From Schizosaccharomyces osmophilus (Eukaryota), in assembly GCF_027921745.1 (NCBI RefSeq), contig NC_079240.1, forward strand, positions 1,364,001 through 1,428,000: DNA of 64,000 bases, read 5' to 3'. The translations under genes were made by a program, and so were the position numbers. The first letter of the stretch is position 1, and each line of letters starts with the position of its first letter. The notes under the pieces were generated by a model. That model saw only the letters and a list, made by a program, of their open reading frames with translations. It made no database searches and was not told where the DNA came from. This document shows positions 23,201 to 34,065 of the stretch, piece by piece.

Positions 23201-24147
23201 TTAAGGAAAGTCATCAGAAATTTGCTGGGATAATAGATGAACTGAAGTCAACTAGAGTGTTGGTAGTTGAGTCGTTTATCACTACAAGGTCCTTATTTAA
23301 GTCACTGTTTTCTCTTGCTCATTCGAAAACAATGCAGTTAACGAAAGACGTTGAAAATGTTTTGCTTGAAGCACAACACATGAATAACCCTTATGATTTC
23401 CTTTGTATTGAGGCTTCTAACAAGGAATCGGAAAGCCTAATAATAGAGGTTTTAGCCAACCCGCTGCTTCGAGACACTTCACTGATAATTTTAATGCCTT
23501 CTTTACGACGAATCAAATTTAAATCAACGGTAGGCGTTGATTCTTTCGTTGCTATTCTTGACAAAAATCAGAATCGCGTTTCGTACTTAGCAGAACCTGT
23601 TCGATTATCGAAACTAATTCAGAACGTGAGCTTTTTGTTAACCAAAAGGGCCAATCACGGAAAGTTTTCCGATACTTCTAAACTCCAAGTTTTTACCCAT
23701 AAGCGCACAAAAGAAGTATTTAATTCTGAGGAATTGCGAATATTGAGAACGAAGGTTTCTCTAATAGCGGAAGACAATTTAATTGCTCGGAAGTTGTTAA
23801 GCAAGCAATTAATGAATTTGGGACTTAACGTTGAGACTGTAAATGATGGACAAGAATTAGTCGAAACGGTCAAATCTAAACCATATGGGTATTATGGTAT
23901 AATATTTGCTGACTATCACATGCCGATCTGTGATGGAGCCGAAGCTGTTAGCAAAATCCGAGCTTATGAGAATACCCAAGACGTGGATAATTTTGTCCCT
24001 GTAATAGCTCTTACAGCGGATATCCAGAAGTCTGCTAAGCAGAAATGTTTAGACGTAGGCATGAACGACTACCTTACGAAGCCTTTTACCCAGCAGCAGC
24101 TTCAGGGTATGATCAGAAAATATTTTCTGCAAGAACATGTTTCTTGA
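17209..24147 (+). CDS. mak2: Hybrid histidine kinase Mak2/Phk1 (kinase-like, AAA, GAF, PAS, HisKA, HATPase, receiver)
   Basis: SDIYSLG, GERGCGKT, SHELRTP H-box, NLLGNSAKFT, DTGIG, GGSGLGLSI, DYHMP receiver; 2312 aa. Confidence 0.93.
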   Translation: MSGIELLNTAIDAAVPELSDFTLISKREKSNPCSLLTAIFIKALHKATKKKVVLKFSLQIAKLENEYFLLRQLSSFSKGDSYAILPKYRLLLNKSVGVLVFDDPGPDLVKDWLSDSRPVDLRLFYKYALAVCHTLSFMHDKQFVHGEIRPDSFHFNTDNPIHARLLTIGTSVSPIRFTLSSLNWQRLYQVDDIRHKLQFFSPEQIGSVSRPLDSRSDIYSLGVAFYVLLTKCYPWGGKPMRIVQSIHTRQFPSVLSRRPDLPIALDNLIQRMTTKSIEERYSDTDDLCAVFYELLLHHSTSHNPVSPKLNDSLLNFKSKKQLSFPKLILCNPSDYVRIFQELACFSSKREVFTSGKNMLRIKKKHLFKNSSVQNEATYCHILTVTGERGCGKTTLLESIAVEARKFGYFAMCSFQSIHASPFSAVFNCVSQILRQVLREERETVINYFSSLWEFLGEELVYMEPLFKCVSELNYLLSPKYNFHCKHENYIKLKQRDTQEIRSASGCLGFIVCLLEILSFTCRIRSTIIVLDDLHLADSCSLTLIRGIIAHKLPILMILSWGDHLAIDNLPPYINEMPQAMVTHIKMKPFDQKHITNFLSYYLRYPTQTLDPLVQLIQGVTRGNPLILKVALNIAHTNECFKFNEKTNSWSYDLELIKQKFKTLPSFELPQVISSYLEDAFPEKTRKFLTWAALLIAPFSYEFLRLVTQPLGLFIPLVEILDFTLPIFRFSGNGINCKFTSGNLREGFLSSISAGQAETMHAHIAHALIEGEAKEFFKNDGVHHILKGLGVIKKSSNTKPYILAMQIVSDHLVQFGAYMYAKELLKACFFLLPKKPSSLGLLNSHEMVRLRIGIAMCYWWNKDNKHSYAILRNINLETVSISEYLPALRLLAKIECYQGRSENIIEKVITILDRLNFPFERDLNEDVLNRLFDDLSSKFLSCSFEVKRREPIDPEKISIISTLLSDIYFILFNASQEYYYYFSFLLAKLYLEYGDSSLRYSLIFLASYSFVKRRRPEIFLMVNELHLSVHAVRGRSASIHAELLHWMMRNELDMFQENPSIRNLTLEGILLRCVIFGDKIYGSYVLARLTAERLFRGDHIHQLLLDQENAETLLLLWEVEKPFNHYLFLCRNVLLALFGLTNNNDPNNILSTNQKSQESLSEEFLFRKPSTFCTWYYSSLIYLCTLFKHNDYVVDIASEFLKVSDCKILEQFYKLVRGFIGLCAAQVLYKKQDMSEDERHKVTLLLSNVLDAMKDFAYNYKLKSYLLWVYFLQGMIYRNEGDFMSAARNFEIAIDAEHQGFSKIELALLFEVIGEFYFTASFTYLSKSYYLRALNHYRDIGCYGIENRVKELLSEKFSFSLNQPVFSSKSTTMDSVFQEIPELFQKKDINDFSLTSHDFLFQKKEIDFLASCDTSIERNEGDKEIYHNYENEDGHLDIVSLISVIKCGQLLSSKLRLVSLLTTVIKLIIEYSQVDFAAVILQSDSQYVLSAFGNSEYSEALEPSLPLNESDIKIPESILSDVFTNARMVTLESVSKLEDDIIIKWLQEEHNLNSFMIIPLQFKDSVIGALYLQLPRNLMHLGNVIFLKLLSQQIAISISNALLFQNLRRTITDNVTLIESQQLSYQTYKNIEEQCITLLDSLPCIVWTLDSEVGEIEFTNASKHDYFETVDINGSLSWKKFIHPEQHAFFQEKLENLKSEEFGELELFLKKNGSFHWHLCRGLPLQRGSCNTKWIVVCIDINDEKEARETAIRAVNLKANFLASMSHELRTPFSSFYGMLSLLSDTKLSDEQHDIVSTAKQSCTSLVQIIDDLLNFSELESGKIKLEPSKIFDVEENIADCIELVYPSIADKPVQISYDIYPNVPALLAGDVAKLRQVITNLLGNSAKFTNEGHILLRCSMKDDPELSESDYYLYFEIEDTGIGLKPDQMKLLFKPFTQVDGSTTRIYGGSGLGLSICLEICKIMDGNIGVKSVYDEGSTFWFYVRLSKVTFELSREHFKESHQKFAGIIDELKSTRVLVVESFITTRSLFKSLFSLAHSKTMQLTKDVENVLLEAQHMNNPYDFLCIEASNKESESLIIEVLANPLLRDTSLIILMPSLRRIKFKSTVGVDSFVAILDKNQNRVSYLAEPVRLSKLIQNVSFLLTKRANHGKFSDTSKLQVFTHKRTKEVFNSEELRILRTKVSLIAEDNLIARKLLSKQLMNLGLNVETVNDGQELVETVKSKPYGYYGIIFADYHMPICDGAEAVSKIRAYENTQDVDNFVPVIALTADIQKSAKQKCLDVGMNDYLTKPFTQQQLQGMIRKYFLQEHVS

Positions 24148-24340
24148 TTTCTTTATTTTTTGGTATTTTTTATTAATTAAAAAGCTTCATTGCTTGAATT
24201 ACGGTTATTTATAAGTTACAATAAGGAAGAGTGGTAAATCATTATATTTATTGGGATATATACGCCTTAACTAAGGTTCGGGCAGTTAATTTCAACTTTC
24301 AATTGTTAATCATGATTTTTTCTTTTTGTATGAGAATCTT

Positions 24341-25766
24341 TCATTTATTTTTAGCGGCTAGATCGACACCACATTTAATACTTGCAATCATTGCACTAAG
24401 TTGAATTTTTTCCGAGCAACCGAAAGACATACGGTGCTCAATAGCGGCCAATTGATCTAAAATGAAAATGCGTGTATTAGCTGGTACTTGAAGTTCGTCT
24501 AAAGCTTCAAAAATACAAGTAGTTATATCCTGCAAAGCCAAGCCCTTTTGCTGCTTTATCGAAAAAATAGCTAAAAAACGTTAGCTGAAATCTTGAAACA
24601 TAAAGACGTACTATTGTAAGCAGTAACGAATTCTTCATTCATTATTGACTTGATAAAATAATCTATATCTGACGGATGAGGTTGGCCAACACAATTGTAA
24701 ACGGCAGACTCATCAATATGTTCGTAAGCCGCATGGCAGGCTTGTAAAATATTAAGAGCTTTACGCATGTCACCCCTTGATAACTTCAAAACGGCAGCTT
24801 TTGCTTCTGAATCTATGTTACAATGCTCATTATCAATAACGTGGTCAACGTATTTTTCAATTTCTAAAGAAGGAAGCGGTTGGAAACGAAAACGAGTACA
24901 CCGTGATTGAATAGCAGGAGCAATTTTGTTAATATAGTTGCAGATGATACAAAAGCGAACGTTTTTGGTATATTTTTCAATGACTAAAGTCATAAAAAGC
25001 ATGAGCATAAATGTTAAATCAATTTATATTGACTTACCTCTTCGGAGTGCATTCTGGGCAGCAAGAGTCATAGCATCGGCTTCATCCAAAATAATCATTT
25101 TAAAAGAGGATCTGCAACAAGTGTTAGTTTCAAAGCATCGATCTATATAGACATAGAAAACTTACGAAAAAATTTGACGCGTGCTTGCAAAGTTTTTTAT
25201 TTGTTCTCTGACAGCATCAATACCACGGTCGTCACTAGCATTCAATTCCATAACCTGATTGCGGAATTGGGGACCATATACCTTGCGAGCACAGGCAAGG
25301 ATAGTAGATGTCTTTCCTGTTCCTGGCGGACCATAAAATAACATATGGGGAACTTTGTTTGTGCTGATGAATCGATCCACTAAAACGTTAGCGTAAATAA
25401 ATTCTAACATGAATGAATAGATAAAAACTCACGTGTAGAAATAATATCTTTGTGTGCAACTACATCTTCTAATCCAGAAGGACGATATTTTTCCACCCTA
25501 ATCACTATTAGTATGAAACCGAAATCAATATTCCATGAATTCAAAGTTCGTGCATTCCTATCCAACCCGATAAAGCAATCAATCCAAATAGATTTCCTTG
25601 TGGATTCACAGCATACATTTCAACGAAAAGAAATGCTATCCATGTGATATACAATATTTCAATTTTGAACATGATTCATTCATAATACATACCATGGAAG
25701 AGTTGAACCGTCTTGCACGGGATTATCTAATTCCATAGCTCGTCCTTTTCCTTTATCCATTGCCAT
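24341..25766 (-). CDS. rfc3: Replication factor C subunit 3; exons 25766-25693, 25497-25433, 25379-25166, 25111-25038, 24983-24612, 24570-24341
   Basis: [38 protein letters not shown]; five canonical introns restore the frame. Confidence 0.94.
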
Positions 25767-26224
25767 TATGGAAGATTGCAAGTTACTATGCTACAGATAG
25801 TTGTTTGTCGTAGTGCAATAGCAAGAGCTCGAGGTTAGACGACAAGCTGAATATTAGGAAATCCTTTAATACAATCTAAACTTGGACAACTATACAAATG
25901 AACATTGTTCCTTTTGAAATTTACTCTACAACAAAACAAACGAGTTCAACGGAGACTGATATTACTGAAAAATTCTTGTTACGAAAATGCAATATAGATG
26001 GAGAACGCAATTGACATATCCTACATCGCGTTCATCTTTTCATACAATATATAACACAAGTATTATGAGTACAGCTACAAGGTTACGTTACTAGTTCAAT
26101 ATATCAACATCCTAGATTGCTCACTACCACATGTACACCAAACGGCTTTTAATTATTAGCATAACTGGATTGAAAGAGCTTTCAATAGTGAATTTTTTTA
26201 ACTGTATGATATAAGAAGCAGAAA

Positions 26225-27088
26225 TTATGCCCATTCAGAGGGAGCAGCACCAGTGGTATTCCATTCAGCATCACCTTCCCAAGTGGTTTGACCAACTTGG
26301 CCTGCGGTAGCATTATCCAAAACGGTGGGATCGACAGTTCCGGTAGCGCTGTCATTGACCTCAAATTCAGCGGCAGCAGTTTGAGCAGCCAATTGAGCTT
26401 CTTCGTCAGCAGCAGTGGCAGCGGCAGCCTTGGCTTCCTCCTCACGCTCAACTTCCTCGGGATCACGATAGAAGTAGAGATCGGGCATGACCTCCCAAGG
26501 AGTGGTACGGGAGATGCTACCACGGAGACGAAGGACTTCACGAGCCAAAAAGTACCAGTTCAAACCAATGGCCTTGTAACCTTTGTTGTTGGTAGGGATA
26601 GCAACATCAACATGGTTCAAGCAAGAGTCAGTGTCGGTAAGAGCAATGACAGGGATGTTGACGAAAGAAGCTTCTCTGATAGCTTGAGCATCAGCACGAG
26701 GATCAGTAACGATAATCAAGCGGGGCTCACGGTAAGTACGGGTGATATAGTTAGTGAAGTTACCGGGAGTGAAACGGCCAGCAATGGCAGTAGCACCAGT
26801 GTGGGCAGCAAACTTCAAAACTGCACGGTGACCGTAAGCACGGGTAGAAACAACACAAACATCAGCAGGGTTCTCGATGGTAGCAATGATACGAGCAGCA
26901 AGAACAAGCTTCTCCCATGTCTTGCCCAAGTTGAGAATATGGATACCGTCAGTACGACGCTTCCAAACATAAGGTTCCATACGGACTTCCAAGTTCTTGG
27001 AGCCGATATGGCAGTCGGCAGCTAAAAGCTTCTTGATATCATCATCAGCAGCATTTAAAACTGATGGACGGGCTACGGATTCTGCCAT
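26225..27088 (-). CDS. rps002: 40S ribosomal protein uS2/S0 (start MAESVARP)
   Basis: [35 protein letters not shown]; high codon bias. Confidence 0.95.
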   Translation of the reverse strand: MAESVARPSVLNAADDDIKKLLAADCHIGSKNLEVRMEPYVWKRRTDGIHILNLGKTWEKLVLAARIIATIENPADVCVVSTRAYGHRAVLKFAAHTGATAIAGRFTPGNFTNYITRTYREPRLIIVTDPRADAQAIREASFVNIPVIALTDTDSCLNHVDVAIPTNNKGYKAIGLNWYFLAREVLRLRGSISRTTPWEVMPDLYFYRDPEEVEREEEAKAAAATAADEEAQLAAQTAAAEFEVNDSATGTVDPTVLDNATAGQVGQTTWEGDAEWNTTGAAPSEWA

Positions 27089-27156
27089 TTTGCTTAGTGC
27101 ACCTCTTGGTGGTTGGAGGAAATTTCGCATTCCCCTTGGTCTTGGTGTTGTCGGCC

Positions 27157-27164
27157 CGTGACTG
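27157..27164 (-). promoter_or_regulatory. Homol-D box (CAGTCACG) of the ribosomal protein gene promoter
   Basis: Matches the fission-yeast RP promoter element CAGTCACA/G ~70 bp upstream of the rps0 ATG. Confidence 0.75.
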
Positions 27165-27551
27165 CTTTTCCAACACCAAAACAATTATACATCGTGTAAC
27201 GCAGTACGTAAAGGGAGCTTAAAAGTAAAACTGCGACAACGACAGTAGTAGAATGCAGTACACCGAAATACACTCTGAGCCCTAATTTCATCCTTTGATT
27301 CATTGCAATTGGTAATATACAACCTTAGGTAATTTCAGAGTATTATTGTCAAAATTGTTGAATGTTTAAAGCAAAATTCTCTAGAGATTCAGCACTTCTT
27401 GAGCTTGCCCTATGCAGGTGTTACATGAATTGTCTTCTTACATAGTAATAAATGGGACGAAAGCTTGATTATCAGATCTTCATTTGTTTGTAACATCAAT
27501 GACTTTGTTGATCTAAATCATAAAAAGTTTTTCTTCATTCATAAGCCATTT

Positions 27552-30500
27552 CTAAAAACTACGTACACGAAAGTCCTCTATTTTTTTTGATATCTCTGCG
27601 ACCGTGCGATCCAGTTCACTTGCAATCACTTCCTGCTTTTCACGAGGAAGATGATAGTACATTTCGCATAAATCACCATCAATGACACCTTTCACAGGTG
27701 CATAGTAGCTTCGGTACGCTAAATGATCCCGGCCAGATAACAAGGGAACTTCTTTTCGCAAAAAGAATTCTATCTGCTGAAAGAACCGAACGTCTTCTTG
27801 ATTTATAAAAGGGGTAAAAACACCTACCGTTCCAAGAAGGCCAGTCCATAACAAAACCTCTCTTGCTCCTTCAACCAACTGTACTTTTTTCATGGATGTA
27901 GGTATATCATTCGTATAAAAATGAGACAAAAGTTCCAGCTTGTGGGGAGTAGAATTCAAAAATGGTTTTTCATGTAAAAGCTTAGACGCAGAATTGTCTT
28001 CATCAGAAAGCCTTGAGATATCCGCAGGACATCTTAGAAGCCACATATTACCAAACTTGTCACCCCCTGCTACAGTATCATAATCAACCATAGTTGAGGT
28101 CGTACACCACCTTTGAATGGGATCATCCGCAAAAACAAGGAAGCGGTTTTCATCGTGCTTATACACGACATATCTAATAGAACACTGAGAATCACCAACA
28201 ACAATTCTGCTTCCTTGGACATCCAAGCGAGTTATAAAGAGAGGGACAGGAGCTATTTCACATTTCCTTAGTACTTTTTTGTTACCTAGCTCATACATTC
28301 TCAAATGTTTTCCAACACCAGCAAGCATCCTTCCTTGAAAGGGGCGAAGGCACATGGGAATGTCGTCCGTTTCAGTGTGGCTTACTAACTCAAGGCTAGT
28401 CCCCTCATCCTTAAGTCTGTAAACGCGTATATTACCATGAGAACAAGCTCTTGTTTCAAGATTGACATCTGTCGCCGAACCAGTAACTAAAAATAACTCA
28501 TCCTTTGACTTGAAGTAAACCATCTCGACACAAAAAGCGGCTTCATTATCGCCGAGTTTACAAGCGTGAACTATTTGCTTAGATTTCAAGTCAAAAATAG
28601 ATATATATGATGACCATTCCCTTTCTTGTAAAGGGCTTAAATCCTTATTCGCACGTGACGACAAAGAATGAGAGCCTAGATCCTGATAATTCTTGGAACT
28701 ATTGAAATTCCTTTCACTCTGTAAAATACATAAAATAGGAAGTTCCGGGTGTTTCACCAACTTTCGTGGTGTACACATAAGCGGATATATTTCTGATTTC
28801 AAATCATCCTGCAGACTATCGATTGTAAAAATTTTCAAAACATTGTGATGTACGGCAACAACCCCCTGAGGGCATTGCTCACTAGCGAATGAAGAAATAT
28901 GTTCAATTGCTGAATAAGAAATGGGGGAAAGCTGCAGATTTTGCAAGAAAGAATAAGCCAGATAAGCTCTCGTAGAGACAGCCAATACAGTTTTCTGGTC
29001 TTTAATAGAAACTGGATATAATTTGACAGGCTTTGGACCCAAAAACCGAGTACGGGTATCTAATAGCTGTCCAGAGGTCACGTCAACAACAGTTCGAAGG
29101 TAAACACCATTCATCAAACCAATATGTAGGTATAAGGTAGTATACCCGCCGACCGCCATGGGAATTATACACAGCGAATTAGCAGGTGAGCTTAATGCTT
29201 GAACACTCAAACTTTCTAAGGTCGTGTAAAGATCCAGAGATAAAACGCGTACGGTAGCGTCGTCACAAGCTATACAAAGGAAATTACTACGCTTTGAACC
29301 TTCAGGTACCGGCCCCAAAGCAAGCGCAGTAACATTTGCTGTAAGTGTTTTTCTTTCTTGGTATTCATTTAACTGACCGCCTTCAACGTCGTCACTCATC
29401 TCGAAATATACAAGCTCACCATTATTCAGAGCTATTACTATTTGGGTATCATTAATGGTTGACTGAGTAATTAATAAATCAGCCGGTAATTTCCATTCAC
29501 TTATTTGTTTATTAGAGCGAATGTGCCGGATACCCTTGGAATAAACTTGAAGAACAGAATCTTGGCCCATTTGGTGTACGTTTAACGTAGAAACGGAGGA
29601 CAGCAATCCACTGTCTGATACTTCCTCAACGGTTTCTCCAATGGATAATACTAAAGTACCATTTGTAAATGACAAGATTATATACGAATCATACACATCA
29701 TTGCGGGATAGCTTCAAAGTCCAAATTGCGACAGGAGCACCTGGAATTTCTGAAGCAACAATTTCAGTGGTTTCCAAACCACGCTTTAAACGACGAAGAG
29801 AAGAAGCATTGCCACGCCCGGAAATTGCATATATCTGGGTTGGGTCATCTAAAAGAGGGCTCTTAACTACTAACGAATCAGTCACGGGATAAAGGCAAGG
29901 GACTTCATCAACCAACGATAAATTCTGCAAACCACGTACTTGGTAAAATATGTTCTTACCAGTGGTAACAAGAAAATCATCAGGATATTCCAAAGAAGAA
30001 ATTTCTAACTCTCCATCATCCAGCCCAAGGTTCTCAAACTGATATAATTGATGATTTCCACCTTCACACGATATAAATAGGAACCCAGTTTTTAAAATAT
30101 TGAGTTCTACTGAAAGAGGTATCGTATCAAAATATTTCATGCGTAACTCGTTTACATTGCCTTGTCCATCATGCTCTACGGTGAGTTTTAATAGATCACC
30201 TTCATGAGTTTGTAGCAAGTAGAAAAACGATCCTTTCATTCTGTGCATTACGGCAGAGACAATGACAGGGAGCCGCAAGTCTTTGTTTTCTGGGTTTGAT
30301 TCTGCCCATGGTGTAGCTGTCTCCTCCATTTCATTACCTTTTCGGCGCATTATAGGTATTTGGTGAAACCTTTTTTGCAAATGTCTATAAGATATCCATC
30401 CTTCAGAAATCACAAGAGTGCCTGATGGACCATCGTTACCCCCTGGCACAGAAAGAAGCATATAAGAACTACGATCAACCACTTTTGACCAACGCCTGAC

Positions 30501-31178
30501 GACATGATTAAGTCCAAGGTCAAGTTCATAATATGTCAAAACCTTCTCTACGTTCTCGTAAGCTTGACCTGACTGGTCATGATCAATGTCACTGTAGTCA
30601 ACTTCTAGGGCTGCAAATATTGGGTTTGCATATCCGGTATCCAGACCCACAAGACTAAAACAAATAACACCTGCTTTATGCGCTTCAAGCGGTGAAGATA
30701 TTGTGAGATCTGCTTCAGAATCACGATTTAATACATAAACCAACTTACTTTTTTCAACAGAAGCAACCATTGCTGCGCGACCCTTGGCATCAACAGCCAA
30801 ATATTCTCCTGGAACAACTCTTCGAATCCCTGACTTTCCAAATGCTTCTTGATACACCGGAACAAGCTTATTGAGACCAAGATCATACTGCAAAACCGTT
30901 ATCCGTCCAGAATCTGAAGTTACAATCAAGTAGTCGCGTTTAAAGCCAGTTAAACGAAGAGGAGCGACATTTCTAATGATTCCAAAGCAATTGTGATTCA
31001 AAATACAGCTTATTCGGCCATCATTTGGATCCACTTTATAAACCAAAAGTCGAGATTCTGTAGCTATAACAATCTCTTGCACCTTTTTACCAGATAAAGA
31101 TGCCACACACGAGTTCTGCACATAATTGCTATTTTGTATTGTCAATGAATACAGAAACAGAGACGGAAACGTATCCAT
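27552..31178 (-). CDS. prp12: U2 snRNP SF3b subunit Sap130/Prp12 (SF3B3/Rse1); likely start MDTFPSLFLYSL
   Basis: TSDSGRI, FGKSGIRRVVPGEYLAVD, ELDLGLNHVVR, GRDHLAYRSYYAPVKGVIDGDLCE. Confidence 0.96.
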   Translation of the reverse strand: MDTFPSLFLYSLTIQNSNYVQNSCVASLSGKKVQEIVIATESRLLVYKVDPNDGRISCILNHNCFGIIRNVAPLRLTGFKRDYLIVTSDSGRITVLQYDLGLNKLVPVYQEAFGKSGIRRVVPGEYLAVDAKGRAAMVASVEKSKLVYVLNRDSEADLTISSPLEAHKAGVICFSLVGLDTGYANPIFAALEVDYSDIDHDQSGQAYENVEKVLTYYELDLGLNHVVRRWSKVVDRSSYMLLSVPGGNDGPSGTLVISEGWISYRHLQKRFHQIPIMRRKGNEMEETATPWAESNPENKDLRLPVIVSAVMHRMKGSFFYLLQTHEGDLLKLTVEHDGQGNVNELRMKYFDTIPLSVELNILKTGFLFISCEGGNHQLYQFENLGLDDGELEISSLEYPDDFLVTTGKNIFYQVRGLQNLSLVDEVPCLYPVTDSLVVKSPLLDDPTQIYAISGRGNASSLRRLKRGLETTEIVASEIPGAPVAIWTLKLSRNDVYDSYIILSFTNGTLVLSIGETVEEVSDSGLLSSVSTLNVHQMGQDSVLQVYSKGIRHIRSNKQISEWKLPADLLITQSTINDTQIVIALNNGELVYFEMSDDVEGGQLNEYQERKTLTANVTALALGPVPEGSKRSNFLCIACDDATVRVLSLDLYTTLESLSVQALSSPANSLCIIPMAVGGYTTLYLHIGLMNGVYLRTVVDVTSGQLLDTRTRFLGPKPVKLYPVSIKDQKTVLAVSTRAYLAYSFLQNLQLSPISYSAIEHISSFASEQCPQGVVAVHHNVLKIFTIDSLQDDLKSEIYPLMCTPRKLVKHPELPILCILQSERNFNSSKNYQDLGSHSLSSRANKDLSPLQEREWSSYISIFDLKSKQIVHACKLGDNEAAFCVEMVYFKSKDELFLVTGSATDVNLETRACSHGNIRVYRLKDEGTSLELVSHTETDDIPMCLRPFQGRMLAGVGKHLRMYELGNKKVLRKCEIAPVPLFITRLDVQGSRIVVGDSQCSIRYVVYKHDENRFLVFADDPIQRWCTTSTMVDYDTVAGGDKFGNMWLLRCPADISRLSDEDNSASKLLHEKPFLNSTPHKLELLSHFYTNDIPTSMKKVQLVEGAREVLLWTGLLGTVGVFTPFINQEDVRFFQQIEFFLRKEVPLLSGRDHLAYRSYYAPVKGVIDGDLCEMYYHLPREKQEVIASELDRTVAEISKKIEDFRVRSF

Positions 31179-31407
31179 CTTGTGTCTCTTAAAATGAAAC
31201 ACAACTCTGGATGAATTGAACGTATCGAAGTGAAAAATGTGAACTACATAAATTAACGATATACAGCGCAGTGCAGTGATCAACAAAGGAATGAAATGAT
31301 TAGCAGGATTATTATTGTCCATATTTAATGTAAGTTATTAATTAATAGCATTTAAAACTTTAACGAATTTCTTCATCATAAAGCTCAAACGAAAGTTCAT
31401 TGCATGT

Positions 31408-33715
31408 TCAAATATTAAACCATCGATACTTTTGAGTTTCTTCCGAATAAACAATACCATAAGAGGCAGTATCTTGTTCTATATAGTCGAATCTGGAAGG
31501 AGAAAAGTTATCGTTGAACGAATGGGTCCATACTGTATCACGGACTGGAATAATGGGGATAGTATTCACGTATTCTGGTAACTTTCCCATTTCGCAAATG
31601 GACTTGTCAATAGGTATAAAAGGTATTTTCTCGATGGAGACTTCACACATAATAATTTTGTTTTGGTACTCAGCTAGTATTATTAAGGCATTACTGGGAT
31701 AAACCTTTGCATCCAAAACATTAGCTGAGGCAGTATTTTGTTGATCGATTTGAAGAATATAAGAAGCATCCAATTCAAAATGGCAGCAGAAAGACGGTAA
31801 CATCTGTCCATTTTGCAAATTACATTGCCAAATATATATGCCTGGAAGATTTTTCTTATAATATATAGATTTTTCGATTGAGGTTTCGGGCTTGGACTGG
31901 AAAAGACAAGCAGAAACCAGCCAATCGTTGCCTTGTAATAGTTTAATATTTGCTGTTTTTGTCCACTGGCTTCGACAAGCTAAGGATGGATAACTAAAAA
32001 TGACATCAAAAGAAAGTCGTAAAGCATTAATGACATCCTGAAACGTTGAACTGCTAGGTTTGGAGTTTTTCGTTTCTTGGGAGTTTTCGGCAGCCACGAA
32101 GTAGGATGTCAATTGAGAGTGCATTAGAGAATTCCGGATATACCTTACACAATCCTGTATATGATCAACAATATCTTGAGGAGGAATTGTTGCTGGTTCA
32201 GTTGTAACAAATTCATGCATAGCGTAATTTAGCCAACTCACGTAACGCTTCATTTCAGCGTTTTCTTTTTGAAGTGAAGATAAAAACGTAAAAGAAATTG
32301 TCTGAAGTGACGAAAGAGAAGACATACAATCATCGATTAACTTTGGATCAAGCAAACTATCTCCTTTCATGACTCCCCAAATTGCCTTTCCTCTTATTAA
32401 ATTCAGCAATATCCCCAACCTCTCCGAAGCAGGTATTACAAACTCTTGGCAAAACACAGATAAGGATCGACAAGCATTCACAATTAACTTTTCCCAGTTT
32501 TTTAAAACTCGATCGCCAACTCTCTCTGTCAACCACTCTTTCAATATGGGGGTTGGTAACCCATTCATAATAAACTGATAAAGTTCCAGCTCGGGAGAGA
32601 ATGTATCATTTTTGTGTTTTTCAAATATTTGGGTAAAAGAGTTTCGTAGGCTGTTTTCAGCTTTGACGATATTTTTAAACTCTTCATACATCGCATCCAC
32701 TGTTTCTTCGATATACCTCACAAACAGTTGCATCTTTGTTGACATTGTCGCTATATCTACTATGTTTCGCAACCCTTTCTCTAGCAATGGCATGTGTAAC
32801 GTTTGTAAGCTGCTATGACCTTGATCAGAACAATGTAAAACATGGTATGCCATCTGCCTGCAAATATGATGGGATTTAGGTAATTTCTTTTGGATTAGAA
32901 ACTGCTCTGAAACCAGTTATAAACTTACCATATTAAGAGCTGAATGTAGTGAATCACCTTCCCCAATTTTATAGGATGAAAACATGCTTTATTTAGTTAA
33001 TTTTGATCAATGGAAAAAGTACTCACTTTATATGGCGAATTCCTTCCTCATCAAGGACACTTAAAAGCTCGATTTTCTGAGATTTGGAACGCTCGGGATT
33101 GGAAGATTTAAAAAACTCAACAATTGCTTTTGAAGAAAAAATTCGTTCCCTTCAGTCATTGTTAATAACCCACTATGCTATCCAAAAACTTACCCTTTAG
33201 AGGAGCTAGGCAGCGTTCCCAATAAGGGCATGTAAGATATTGGGTCCAAAGAGAAGTCAGGCTGATTGAAAAAAGTAGAAGAGTCCTCCACTTTCCATGT
33301 AATCATGGTGATAGGAATATTTCTTGAAGCATGACGCTGTTCGACAACATGACCCGAAGAGGAATCTACAAATTTGAGTTCTCCACTCTCAAAACCCACT
33401 ACCAACAGATGGCCTTTCTAGCGTTAATATTAAATACGATAGCTTTCCCATTTCCAGGAACCAAACTTAATCCATACCGTCTTGATGCCAACAAAGAGCA
33501 GTAGCTTTTAACCCTTCAAATCCAACATCCCATATTCTCTGTCCTGTATTTCTAAACGCAATTAGACGATTTCCATTCGTTATAACAGCTAATAGTTCCA
33601 TGCTTGGACATAATGAGGCCTTTCTTAAACCATCGCGAATTGTCTCAATCCGACCGTTTTCTTCATGATAATTGAATTTATGTTCTTTATTGGAATGATA
33701 TAGGTGTTTAGTCAT
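31408..33715 (-). CDS. cut20: APC/C subunit Apc4; exons 33715-33478, 33413-33194, 33149-33027, 32986-32929, 32886-31408
   Basis: CPSMELLA WD40 start, LCWHQDG-HLLVVGFE, YMPLLGTLPSS, ERIFSSKAI; four introns join the ORF fragments in frame. Confidence 0.88.
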
Positions 33716-34065
33716 GCTCGCTATGTCGAGCTTATGCTGTTATGGTTTTGTTTATCGTTCAGGATTTGGCTGGAAGCCAAGAATTATCTAAGGTGAATTT
33801 CCCTGAAATGTTTCAGACAACAATAAAGTTATTTGGATTCTTTGATATCGTGTTGAAAAAGAAAAACTTAAATAAATTAGAATATCCCACTATTAATTCA
33901 CTATGTTGTTCATAACTCAAGGTTGGTTGTGATTAAAGCTCTCCTGGGACACTTGTTTGCGTGAATATATATATATCTTAATTTATTAAAAGGAAAAATA
34001 ATTTAGCTATAAATTCTAAATAACAATAACAAAACACATGCTAGTAACGGTAATTAAAGCGTCAA

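Noticed and set aside
25498..25692. Long (195-nt) rfc3 intron 1 as a snoRNA host
   Set aside because: No C/D or H/ACA architecture visible
26288..27025. 245-aa antisense ORF over rps0, and similar antisense ORFs over ola1, hta2 and cpy1
   Set aside because: Expected shadow of strongly biased codon usage in highly expressed genes; no recognisable protein
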